From Candidatus Undivivens industriae (lineage in GTDB: Bacteria; Omnitrophota; Gorgyraeia; Gygaellales; Profunditerraquicolaceae): DNA of 64,000 nt. Location of the stretch: assembly GCA_012514745.1 (NCBI GenBank), contig JAAYZR010000025.1:18930-82929 (forward strand), in the 5' to 3' direction. Shown here piece after piece: positions 1 through 8,075 of the stretch; the first letter of the stretch is position 1; the number at the start of each line of letters is the position of its first letter. The notes under the pieces were generated by a model. The model saw only the letters and a list, made by a program, of their open reading frames with translations. It made no database searches and was not told where the DNA came from. Made by a program: the position numbers and the translations under genes.

Positions 1-30
1 AGCCATTCGCTCGTGTGATTGAGAAGATCG

Positions 31-567
31 CTAAGATTCATTGTCCCCGCCGTCCGTTGCCTGCCGTTTCTGGTTGTCTTCCATGTCCCTTATCTTGTCC
101 CGCAGCCCGGCCGCTTCCTCGAAATCCTCCCGCTCCACCGCCTTTAAGAGCCTGCGGCGCAGTTCCTGCAATTCGTTCTTGGCGCGCGGCTGTTCCGCTC
201 TCTGCTCCCGGTTGACAGGAAACTTGCCGGAATGCCTTACCGAACCGTGTATGCGTTTCAGCAAAGGCGCCAGGTACTGGCGGAAGGCGGCATAACAATC
301 GCCGCAACCCAGCCTGCCTATCTTTTTGAATTCGACGTAGGTCAACCCGCAATTCGGACATTTTAAAGAGACGGTCTCCGCCGCTTTCTGCGGCTTGTCG
401 AAATCCGCCATTCCGGCGAGTATATCGCTCAAACCGAACTGCTGCTCCATCTGCGCGCTTTTGTTCCTGGCGCACTCCTCACAAAGATGCAGTTCGCTCA
501 TCTGATCGTCCACGATCTCGGTCAGATGCACAGTCGCCTGGTTTTTTCCGCAAATATCGCAAAGCAT
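31..567 (-). CDS. mcsA: McsA-like UvrB/UvrC-motif protein (paired CxxC zinc fingers + C-terminal UVR helix)
   Basis: 178-aa ORF. Motifs CDICG...CEEC and CPNCG...CGDC, followed by a C-terminal ELQELRRRLLKAVEREDFEEAAGLRDKIRDME UVR-like helix. GGAGGAAGG SD 8 nt upstream of ATG(567). A further minus-strand gene appears to start at nt 6 and run off the window. Confidence 0.6.
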   Translation of the reverse strand: MLCDICGKNQATVHLTEIVDDQMSELHLCEECARNKSAQMEQQFGLSDILAGMADFDKPQKAAETVSLKCPNCGLTYVEFKKIGRLGCGDCYAAFRQYLAPLLKRIHGSVRHSGKFPVNREQRAEQPRAKNELQELRRRLLKAVEREDFEEAAGLRDKIRDMEDNQKRQATDGGDNES

Positions 568-597
568 AAAACGTCCTTCCTCCCGCGCCGGACGGCA

Positions 598-1473
598 TTA
601 TATTTTATATCTCACTCCGTCTTGGGCGGTGATAGTATGGAATTTCCCGATCAGCTTCCTGGTAGTCGGGCCGGGTTTGCCGCTGCCGATGACGCGCCCG
701 TCTATCTTGACCACCGGGATGATCTCTGCGGCAGTACCGGTCAGAAAACATTCATCGGAGATATAAACCTCATGCCTGGTAAGCACGTGCTCGTGCACCG
801 GTATGCGGTTTTTCTTGGCGAGTTCTATCACGGAATCCCTGGTGATACCGCGCAAGGTGCCCATGCACTGCGGAGGTGTGTAAAGACCGCCGTTCTTGAC
901 GATGAATATGTTATCTCCCGTGCACTCCGCCACGAATCCGAGGGCGTCAAGCATGATCGCTTCTTCGCAGCCCGCGTTCACCGCTTCAATCTTGGCCAGT
1001 ATGTTATTGAGATAATTCAGCGATTTTATCTGTGGATTCAACGCTTCCGGCATATTGCGCACCGTAGGCACGGTGACGATCGTCAACCCTTCCTTGTAAT
1101 GTTTTTCCGGGTAAAGAGTTATCTTATCGGCGATGATGATCACGGCCGGTTTCCCCGTGCACTTGCGCGGATCCATGCCGAGATCTCCCGTCCCGCGGCT
1201 GACCACCAGCCTGATGTAAGAATCCTTGAGCTTATTTGCCTTCAAAGTGTCGAGCACCGCCTTGATCATCTCCTGTTTAGTCATCCCTATATCGAGCATG
1301 ATGGTATGCGCGGATTCGTATAAACGGTCGATATGCTCCCTAAGCTTGAAAACCAGACAGTTATAAGAACGAATACCTTCGAACACCCCGTCGCCGTAAA
1401 GGAAACCGTGATCGAACACGGATATTTTGGCGTCTTCTCTCCCGTAAAACTTTCCATTGATGTAGATTTTCAT
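598..1473 (-). CDS. ilvE: Branched-chain amino acid aminotransferase (class IV PLP fold)
   Basis: 291 aa with class-IV aminotransferase motifs (FDHGFLYGDGVFEGIR, EAIMLD, ECTGDNIF, YISDECFLTGTAAEI). GGGAGG SD upstream of ATG(1473). Confidence 0.85.
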   Translation of the reverse strand: MKIYINGKFYGREDAKISVFDHGFLYGDGVFEGIRSYNCLVFKLREHIDRLYESAHTIMLDIGMTKQEMIKAVLDTLKANKLKDSYIRLVVSRGTGDLGMDPRKCTGKPAVIIIADKITLYPEKHYKEGLTIVTVPTVRNMPEALNPQIKSLNYLNNILAKIEAVNAGCEEAIMLDALGFVAECTGDNIFIVKNGGLYTPPQCMGTLRGITRDSVIELAKKNRIPVHEHVLTRHEVYISDECFLTGTAAEIIPVVKIDGRVIGSGKPGPTTRKLIGKFHTITAQDGVRYKI

Positions 1474-1627
1474 TACTTCCTCCCAAATTAAGATAATGAA
1501 TCCTCCCGGGCTTCAGTCCGGGGTTTCTTTCGCGATCAACCCAGATCGGCCGAGGTGTTATTCCCCGTCCGACAATCGACGGACGCGGTTGAAAAAAATC
1601 CGCTGTTCACGCCGCCGCGAATCGCTC

Positions 1628-2359
1628 TCATCTATGGGCTACGGCCTGCGGAGCGTGAACCGCTTTTGTCGCGTGCAGCAAACCGTCCCTCAACGAATAG
1701 ACCGCTTCGGCAACGCGCGCGAGGTCCTGGTTATGGGTCACCAGAACCAGGGTGGTGCCTTTCTCCCTGTTGATCCTCTTCAAAAGATCGGTGACTTCCG
1801 CCCCGGAAACAGAATCCAGGTTACCGGTAGGCTCGTCGCACAACAGGAACTCCGGCCTGTTTATCAAAGCCCTGGCGACCGCCGCCCTCTGCTGTTCCCC
1901 TCCGGAAAGCTGAGAAGGGAAATGCAACGCGCGCTTTTCCATCCCCACCGAACGGAGCAGTTCCTTAGCCTCTTTTTCCGTCTCGAAAGACGACCTGCCG
2001 CCGGCGATGTGCGCCGCCAGCATCACATTCTCCAGCACCGTGAATTCCGGAAGCAGATGATAAAATTGAAAAATGAACCCTATTCTGTTCGCGCGCAGGG
2101 CGCAAAGCGCGGCATCGTCCATGCCGTAAATGTTCCTGCCGCCGACCCAAACCTCCCCCTCTGTGGGCCTGTCCAGTCCCCCGAGTATATGCAAAAGGGT
2201 AGATTTTCCCGCTCCTGACGGCCCGACCAGGGCCGTGAAACTGCCGGCCGGAAGAAACAGATTTATGCCCTTGAGGATCTGCAGGTCGCTGCCGGAATGA
2301 AAATAAACCTTGTGGATATTCCTCGCTTCCAGCGCGCCCGGAGCGCCGGGATTATTCAT
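1628..2359 (-). CDS. lolD: ABC transporter ATP-binding protein, LolD/MacB-like
   Basis: Walker A GPSGAGKST, ABC signature LSGGEQQRAAVARAL, Walker B LLCDEPTGNLD. Overlaps the adjacent FtsX-type permease gene by 8 nt. Confidence 0.8.
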   Translation of the reverse strand: MNNPGAPGALEARNIHKVYFHSGSDLQILKGINLFLPAGSFTALVGPSGAGKSTLLHILGGLDRPTEGEVWVGGRNIYGMDDAALCALRANRIGFIFQFYHLLPEFTVLENVMLAAHIAGGRSSFETEKEAKELLRSVGMEKRALHFPSQLSGGEQQRAAVARALINRPEFLLCDEPTGNLDSVSGAEVTDLLKRINREKGTTLVLVTHNQDLARVAEAVYSLRDGLLHATKAVHAPQAVAHR

Positions 2360-3542
2360 AACGTATTGCCTCCACAGGTTCCAGGCGCGCGGCCTTGGCC
2401 GCCGGATAAAGGGTGGCCGCCATCACGATGGCCGCGGCGCAGCCGACGATCATTACCACGTCCGGCCAGATCTCCACCGCCACCGGGAGATGATCGAGAT
2501 AATAAATATCCTGCGGCAGTCTTATGAATCGGTATTTCTTCAAAAGCGCGCAGACCAGAAGGCCGCCTCCGGCTCCGAGCGCTATCCCCAGCCCGCCGAT
2601 CATCGCCCCGGCGTAAGTAAATATCTTTTTCACCTCCCGCGAGGTCATGCCCAGCGCCTTGAGTATGCCCACGTCGCGGGTCTTATCCACCACCATCACT
2701 ATAAGCGTACTGATGATGTTAAACGACGCCACCAATATTATCAAAGTCAGGATAATGAACATGGTAATCTTCTCCAACTGCAGGGCGGCGAGAAAATTCC
2801 GGTTCACGTCCATCCAGGTATTGACGTTATATTCCGCTCCCAGATCGCGCTCGAGAGCGGCCTTGACCCTGGCGGCCGACTCCAGCCTGTCCAGTTTGAC
2901 CGCCAGCGCGGTCAGGCGGTTCCCCGAGCCGAGGAGTTCTTGAGCGGCCTTGATGCCGGTGAAAGCCAGATTCATATCATAGTCGTACATTCCGGAGTTA
3001 AAGATACCGCACACCCTGAACTGGTACTGTTTCCCCAGCGGTGAATAGACGGTCAGCTGCGAATCCAGGCCGACGTTCAGAAATTTGGCGAGTTCACTGC
3101 CCAGGACCACTCCTTTTTCCGAAGGCTCCGGGAATCTGCCCTGTTTCAGGTATCCGAGGAACCCGCTCACCTTGCCGAGGCTCCCGGGATCCACTCCGCG
3201 CACAGCCACGGCGAAGAGCCTCTCCGCGTCCTTCAATAAAGCCTGCCCCTGCAGGTACGGGCTGACCGCGCGCACGCGCCGGTCGGACATTATCTTCTTC
3301 TCCAGTCCGGAGTAACCGGCCTCCTCTATACCGCGGTAAGAAGAGATGGTGATGTCGGAATAATTGCCGATTATCTTTGCCTTCAGGTCCTGGTCGAAAC
3401 CCGTCATTACCGCTATAACGATAATCAGCGCCATTACTCCTATGGCTATACCGAGCACCGAAATCAGGCTAATCAAAGAAATGAATTTTTCTTTTCTGGC
3501 GGTGAACAGATAACGCAGGCTGACAAAGAGGGCCGTGTTCAT
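2352..3542 (-). CDS. LolC/LolE-family lipoprotein-release permease (FtsX-like, MacB periplasmic domain)
   Basis: 396 aa. N-terminal TM, large periplasmic domain and C-terminal 3-TM FtsX module. Adjacent to and overlapping lolD. Confidence 0.8.
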   Translation of the reverse strand: MNTALFVSLRYLFTARKEKFISLISLISVLGIAIGVMALIIVIAVMTGFDQDLKAKIIGNYSDITISSYRGIEEAGYSGLEKKIMSDRRVRAVSPYLQGQALLKDAERLFAVAVRGVDPGSLGKVSGFLGYLKQGRFPEPSEKGVVLGSELAKFLNVGLDSQLTVYSPLGKQYQFRVCGIFNSGMYDYDMNLAFTGIKAAQELLGSGNRLTALAVKLDRLESAARVKAALERDLGAEYNVNTWMDVNRNFLAALQLEKITMFIILTLIILVASFNIISTLIVMVVDKTRDVGILKALGMTSREVKKIFTYAGAMIGGLGIALGAGGGLLVCALLKKYRFIRLPQDIYYLDHLPVAVEIWPDVVMIVGCAAAIVMAATLYPAAKAARLEPVEAIRYE

Positions 3543-5005
3543 GCCGGCGGTTCCTCCGCCGTCTTCTCCGGCCGCAGCAGCGGGAAAAGAATGACGTCCC
3601 GTATCGAAGGTTTATCGGTCAACAGCATTACCAGACGGTCTATACCTATGCCCAGCCCTCCGGCAGGAGGCATACCGTGCCCCAGAGCGACAACATAATC
3701 CTCGTCAACAGATTTCTCGTCTTCCGGACCGGCTTCCGCCGTTTCCTCGCGGAAACGCGCATTCTGTTCCTGCGGGTCGTTCAACTCAGAATAGGCGTTG
3801 CCCGTCTCCATCCCGGAGATAAAAAGCTCGAAACGCTCCGATAAAAGCGGATTGTCCGCTTTGGTCCTGGCCAGGGGGCACATACTGGTAAAATAATCGG
3901 TGATAAAAGTGGGATCCGGGGTCATCCCTTCTTCCAGGATGTCCTCGATGATCTTGGTGACCTGCGAACGGCTCAGGCGGTTCGCGCTTTTTGCCGCCCC
4001 GCCGGCGTGCAGTTTAGCGAGCATCTCCTCCGCCCCGTCGGAAGGCAAAATGCCGAACCGTTCCTTCACCGTGTCGGCGAAAGAAACCCTTCTCCAGGGG
4101 GTGGATACGTCTATCTCCTTGCCCTGGAAAACGAATTTGCTGCCGCCGTGCAGCTCTTTCACCAACCCGCAAATCATCTCCTCGCAAAGCCGCATCATCG
4201 AAGAGTAATCTTCGTAAGCGGCATAAACCTCCAGCATGGTGAATTCAGGGTTGTGCCTGGTGGATACGCCTTCGTTACGGAAACTGCGGTTTATCTCATA
4301 CACCTTCTCGAAACCGCCCACCAGCAGCCTCTTCAGATAAAGCTCGGGGGCTATGCGCAGGTAAAGCGGCATATCGTATTCATTGTGGTGCGTCTTGAAC
4401 GGCCGGCCGGCCGCTCCTCCGGGAATGGAATGCATCATGGGAGTCTCAACTTCCAGGAACCCCCTGCCGTCCAGGAAAGAACGGATGAAACCGGTGATCT
4501 TCGCCCTGGCCTTGAATACGCCGCGAACCTCCTCGTTGGATATCAGGTCGAGGTAACGCTGCCTGTAACGTATCTCGACGTCCTTGAGCCCGTGCCATTT
4601 CTCCGGCAGCGGCCTCAAGGCCTTGGAAAGCATGGACATTTTATCGACCTTAACGGTGATCTCTCCGGAGTGCGTCTTGAATATCTCTCCGCAAACCTCC
4701 AGGATATCCCCGATATCGAACTGTCCGAGCAGCACCAGGTCTTTGCCGTCGAAGGCGTCCGAACGCAGGTAAAGCTGTATCCTGCCGCCGGCATCACGCA
4801 GGTCCACGAAAGACACTTTGCCGTGGGAACGTTTGGCGGTAACTCTGCCGCAGATACAAACCCTGCTTCCCTCCGGCGAGACCAAGGCATCGGGAACGCT
4901 TACGCGCCCTTTACCGGCTGAGGCCTTATCGTAACCGGAGAATCCCTCTTTCCGCAGCGCGGCCAGTTTTTCTTCTCTTTGCGCGATCAATTCTTGCATG
5001 TCCAT
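3539..5005 (-). CDS. lysS: Lysyl-tRNA synthetase, class II
   Basis: 488 aa. N-terminal OB anticodon-binding domain and class II motifs (FRNEG, GGLGIGIDRLVMLL). Confidence 0.9.
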   Translation of the reverse strand: MDMQELIAQREEKLAALRKEGFSGYDKASAGKGRVSVPDALVSPEGSRVCICGRVTAKRSHGKVSFVDLRDAGGRIQLYLRSDAFDGKDLVLLGQFDIGDILEVCGEIFKTHSGEITVKVDKMSMLSKALRPLPEKWHGLKDVEIRYRQRYLDLISNEEVRGVFKARAKITGFIRSFLDGRGFLEVETPMMHSIPGGAAGRPFKTHHNEYDMPLYLRIAPELYLKRLLVGGFEKVYEINRSFRNEGVSTRHNPEFTMLEVYAAYEDYSSMMRLCEEMICGLVKELHGGSKFVFQGKEIDVSTPWRRVSFADTVKERFGILPSDGAEEMLAKLHAGGAAKSANRLSRSQVTKIIEDILEEGMTPDPTFITDYFTSMCPLARTKADNPLLSERFELFISGMETGNAYSELNDPQEQNARFREETAEAGPEDEKSVDEDYVVALGHGMPPAGGLGIGIDRLVMLLTDKPSIRDVILFPLLRPEKTAEEPPA

Positions 5006-5053
5006 TATTCATTCCTTAGAGGTTGTCGGAGATTTGTATATATAAGATAGATA

Positions 5054-5082
5054 ATTATATAGTAGTTTCCGCGGGGTGTCAA
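5054..5082 (-). promoter_or_regulatory. sigma70-like promoter of lysS (TTGACA-17-TATAAT)
   Basis: Minus-strand reading TTGACAccccgcggaaactactaTATAAT lies about 50 nt upstream of the lysS ATG. No T-box or L-box structure is evident in the short leader. Confidence 0.5.
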
Positions 5083-5213
5083 TAATACAGAACAGAATCC
5101 GGCAACCCCTGATCGACACTCCGCAGCAAGAACAGATATGGATTTGTTTCGCGGAATTTCCGTGGCCTATGGCCCGTGGACTATTTTGTCGTGCGCTATC
5201 CGGAGGCAGAATA

Positions 5214-6179
5214 TCAGCGATTATAGTCCGACAGTTTCTTGATACGGCGGAGCATGTTGGGATGGGTGCTCAGCGCCTCCATCAGTTTGTCGGCGAAGTT
5301 CAAGCGCACATTCTTATTTGAAAGCGCGGCGAGTTCCGCGAGGTCTATGCTGCCGTCGCTGTTGGTGTCCAACTGACGCAATTCGCGTATCTCGTTCATC
5401 GCCTGGGAAGGATCATTGACGAAAAACGCCTTGAGCCCTTCGTATTCGCGCACCTCTTCCTTGTCTGTCCGCGCCGAGCCGTAAACCAGCTTGTAAAGGC
5501 TGGAAGCCAGGTCCGAAGGGGAATTGCCGAGCTCCACCGATCCCCTGTCGGCGAAATACTCGCGGATCCTGGAGGCGTAAAGCACCAGCAGGTTCGTAAT
5601 GAAATAAAAGATGAAAGCCGCCAGCCCGATCAGCGCGGCTCCCCCGCCTGAACGGTTGTTGCTCCTGCCGCGGCCGAAAAACAGGAACTGCCAGGCGATG
5701 CGGTACATTATCAAAGGGATCACCGACAGTATGGTTATAGTCAGCACGTCGCGGTTCTTAATATGGCTTATTTCATGCCCGAGAACGGCCCTCAATTCTC
5801 CGGCGTTCAAAAGCCTCAAGATACCGGAAGTGACGCAGACCCTCCCGTCCTTCACCGAGCGGCCGAACGCGAAAGCGTTGGGAAGCGTTATGTCGGATAT
5901 TGCCACGCGCGGCATCGGAATGCCTGCCTGAACCGCAAGTCCTTCGACCATGTTGTAAAGGGCCGGATTGTCCTTTCTCTCTATATAACGCACCCGCATC
6001 GTCCACTGGACGATCAAGGGGCCCATCATATATTGCAGCAGCATTATCCCCACGGAGACAGCCAGATAAAAATAGAAATTGCTTATTCCGGCGTAATAGC
6101 CGAGCATAACTACCAAGGCGTATACTATACCGAAAAGAACGGTCACCAAAAGCCACATTTTCAGTCTAAGCATGAACAT
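5214..6179 (-). CDS. htpX: Zinc metalloprotease HtpX (peptidase M48)
   Basis: HEISHIKNRD (HExxH) motif with a downstream REYFADR motif, plus 4 TM segments. Has a C-terminal EF-hand-like DTNSDGSIDLAEL segment. Confidence 0.8.
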   Translation of the reverse strand: MFMLRLKMWLLVTVLFGIVYALVVMLGYYAGISNFYFYLAVSVGIMLLQYMMGPLIVQWTMRVRYIERKDNPALYNMVEGLAVQAGIPMPRVAISDITLPNAFAFGRSVKDGRVCVTSGILRLLNAGELRAVLGHEISHIKNRDVLTITILSVIPLIMYRIAWQFLFFGRGRSNNRSGGGAALIGLAAFIFYFITNLLVLYASRIREYFADRGSVELGNSPSDLASSLYKLVYGSARTDKEEVREYEGLKAFFVNDPSQAMNEIRELRQLDTNSDGSIDLAELAALSNKNVRLNFADKLMEALSTHPNMLRRIKKLSDYNR

Positions 6180-6294
6180 CGTATTATCCTCCAGTAATTC
6201 GGTAACGGTAACGAAACCTGTTTCGTCTCCCGGTTACGGTTACGCAAGTGTTCAGTCCTTCATGCCTCGCGCTTTGTCTTTCGTATAATGAAGC

Positions 6295-6723
6295 TCACCG
6301 GGGGACCACCACCGCTTTTATTATAAACTTCAGCGCCTGATTGTCAACATCATCGGTATTGACGTAAACGAACTGGGTAACCGCCCCGGAATACCCCTTG
6401 CTGTCGAACTTCACATCCAGGAACGTTTCTTCCCCAGGCGCGAGCGTGTTTTTTCTTAGCGACGCGGATGCGCAGCCGCAGGAAGCCACGGTGCCGGTTA
6501 TCGTTAATTTCCGCTTCCCCTCGTTCTGGATAAGAAAAGCGTGCTCCCGGATGTCTCCCTCCCGTATAGAGCCGAAATCATAGCTCACGCCCTCATTCCT
6601 GTTCTCTTGTCCTCCTGCCGGCACAAAAGATACCGCCGGGTTTTTGACCGCGGCGGACTTACGAGCGGCGCATCCGCACAAAAAAGAAGACACGAGCAAC
6701 CCGGAGATTATAAGTGTTTTCAT
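6295..6723 (-). CDS. DUF1573-like secreted lipoprotein
   Basis: The internal start MKTLIISGLLVSSFLCGC (lipobox) is chosen over the longer ORF. Its ATG overlaps the stop of the upstream gene (TAATG). Confidence 0.55.
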   Translation of the reverse strand: MKTLIISGLLVSSFLCGCAARKSAAVKNPAVSFVPAGGQENRNEGVSYDFGSIREGDIREHAFLIQNEGKRKLTITGTVASCGCASASLRKNTLAPGEETFLDVKFDSKGYSGAVTQFVYVNTDDVDNQALKFIIKAVVVPR

Positions 6724-7922
6724 TAAGGCCTCCTGATCAAAAGAAAACCCATTATGAAGAAGACGGCGGCCATAGCCGCTTTTAAAACAGGAATTTTTCT
6801 GCTCACGAACGATGCCATCCTGGACGAAGTCACCCCCCAAAGGGCTATGGTAAGCACCGCGGCCAGAGGTAAGATGAACATTATATTGTAAAGAAAGAGA
6901 TAAAACCACGCTTTGGCCTTGAACTCCGCGGTCTTCAACACGAAGACGATCGTAGGCAGATACATCTGTCCGGTGCATACCGACTCCAGCAAAGAAACAA
7001 GGAATCCGGTGGAAAAAGCGGTCACGGCGTGCGCGCGCAGGCTGCGCCGTTCCAGCCCGGGGTCCCTTCCTCTGCGGTAAGAATCGCCTATGATTCCCTG
7101 TATCCTGGCTTTGACCGCGGCTGGAAGACGAAGCGCCATCTTATCGCCGCCTCCCCTGGAATAAAAAACGATTATGTCGTATACCGCCGCTACTCCCAGC
7201 GCCAGGCTGAAGATACCGAAAACGAAATTAACGGTGTTGGCAACCTGCCAGAACCGGTTAAGTTTATAGAGAAATCCGAATATGCCCAAACCGATCATTA
7301 CATAAGCGAAGAATACAGCCAGAATGAATACCGCACCCACGAAAAGCAGTTCTTTGCGGGAGTACTTCTGCAGGGCGAGGAACGAAATGAAGAAAACGAT
7401 CACGGTGAAAGCGCAGGGATTGATGCCGTCCACCAGTCCGGCGGAAACGATCGCCAGCATCCCCAGTCCGGCAAAGTTATCTTTGATATCCATCGGAGCG
7501 GACCCGGAGCCGGTTTTGCCCGCGGCACCGCCATTCTGTATGATCCTGCGCACGAACGATTCCGGCGGTTCCTTGCTTTTTCCGGACAGAAATTGCCCCT
7601 CAAGAAAAAACACCGGCCAATGATCGTTTTGCAGAGCATAATAATACTGCCGGCGCAGTGAGAGATAAAATTTATATTGTTCGGGCAGGCTTATGTCCAG
7701 TTCAACAACGTCAATCTTCTCGCCGAAAAGCGACCGCAGAGAAGGTAGAGTCGTCATCCTGGCATCGGCGCACTCCCTGCAGGTCGGAGAATAGAAGAAA
7801 TAAAGCTGTTTCTTACCTTTGTCCTGTGCCGGCTGCGCACGGACAGCGCTTATCCAGCCGAGCGACAGTAAAAATATACCGCATAGCGCAAGAACCAGAT
7901 CTACTCTTCCGCGACACCTCAT
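6723..7922 (-). CDS. DsbD/CcdA-like thiol:disulfide interchange membrane protein with N-terminal thioredoxin-like CxxC domain
   Basis: Signal peptide, then YSPTCRECADA (CxxC). Multi-TM CcdA-like core with GINPCAFTV and ESVCTGQMY cysteines. Confidence 0.7.
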   Translation of the reverse strand: MRCRGRVDLVLALCGIFLLSLGWISAVRAQPAQDKGKKQLYFFYSPTCRECADARMTTLPSLRSLFGEKIDVVELDISLPEQYKFYLSLRRQYYYALQNDHWPVFFLEGQFLSGKSKEPPESFVRRIIQNGGAAGKTGSGSAPMDIKDNFAGLGMLAIVSAGLVDGINPCAFTVIVFFISFLALQKYSRKELLFVGAVFILAVFFAYVMIGLGIFGFLYKLNRFWQVANTVNFVFGIFSLALGVAAVYDIIVFYSRGGGDKMALRLPAAVKARIQGIIGDSYRRGRDPGLERRSLRAHAVTAFSTGFLVSLLESVCTGQMYLPTIVFVLKTAEFKAKAWFYLFLYNIMFILPLAAVLTIALWGVTSSRMASFVSRKIPVLKAAMAAVFFIMGFLLIRRP

Positions 7923-7949
7923 CTGTCTTCCTTAGCGTTAAGTTCCGAG

Positions 7950-8075
7950 TTCCGGGGACACAATACTTAATTATACGGGGACACGATACTTAAAGAGTAT
8001 CGTGTCCCCGGAATTCAAGTAGTATAACATAGAGAAAGAAGTGTGGCTATAATTAAGTATTGTGTCCCCGGAATT
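7950..8075. repeat. Composite REP-like element between addB and the dsbD-like gene
   Basis: Two 23-25 bp copies of AATTCCGGGGACACAATACTTAATT in inverted orientation (7950-7972 and 8051-8075) flank a central 14-bp-stem hairpin (7977-8009). The addB TAA stop overlaps the first copy. Confidence 0.7.

Noticed and set aside
5083-5213. T-box or lysine riboswitch upstream of lysS
   Set aside because: The leader between the TTGACA-17-TATAAT promoter and the ATG is only about 45 nt. It lacks specifier/T-box or L-box conserved segments.
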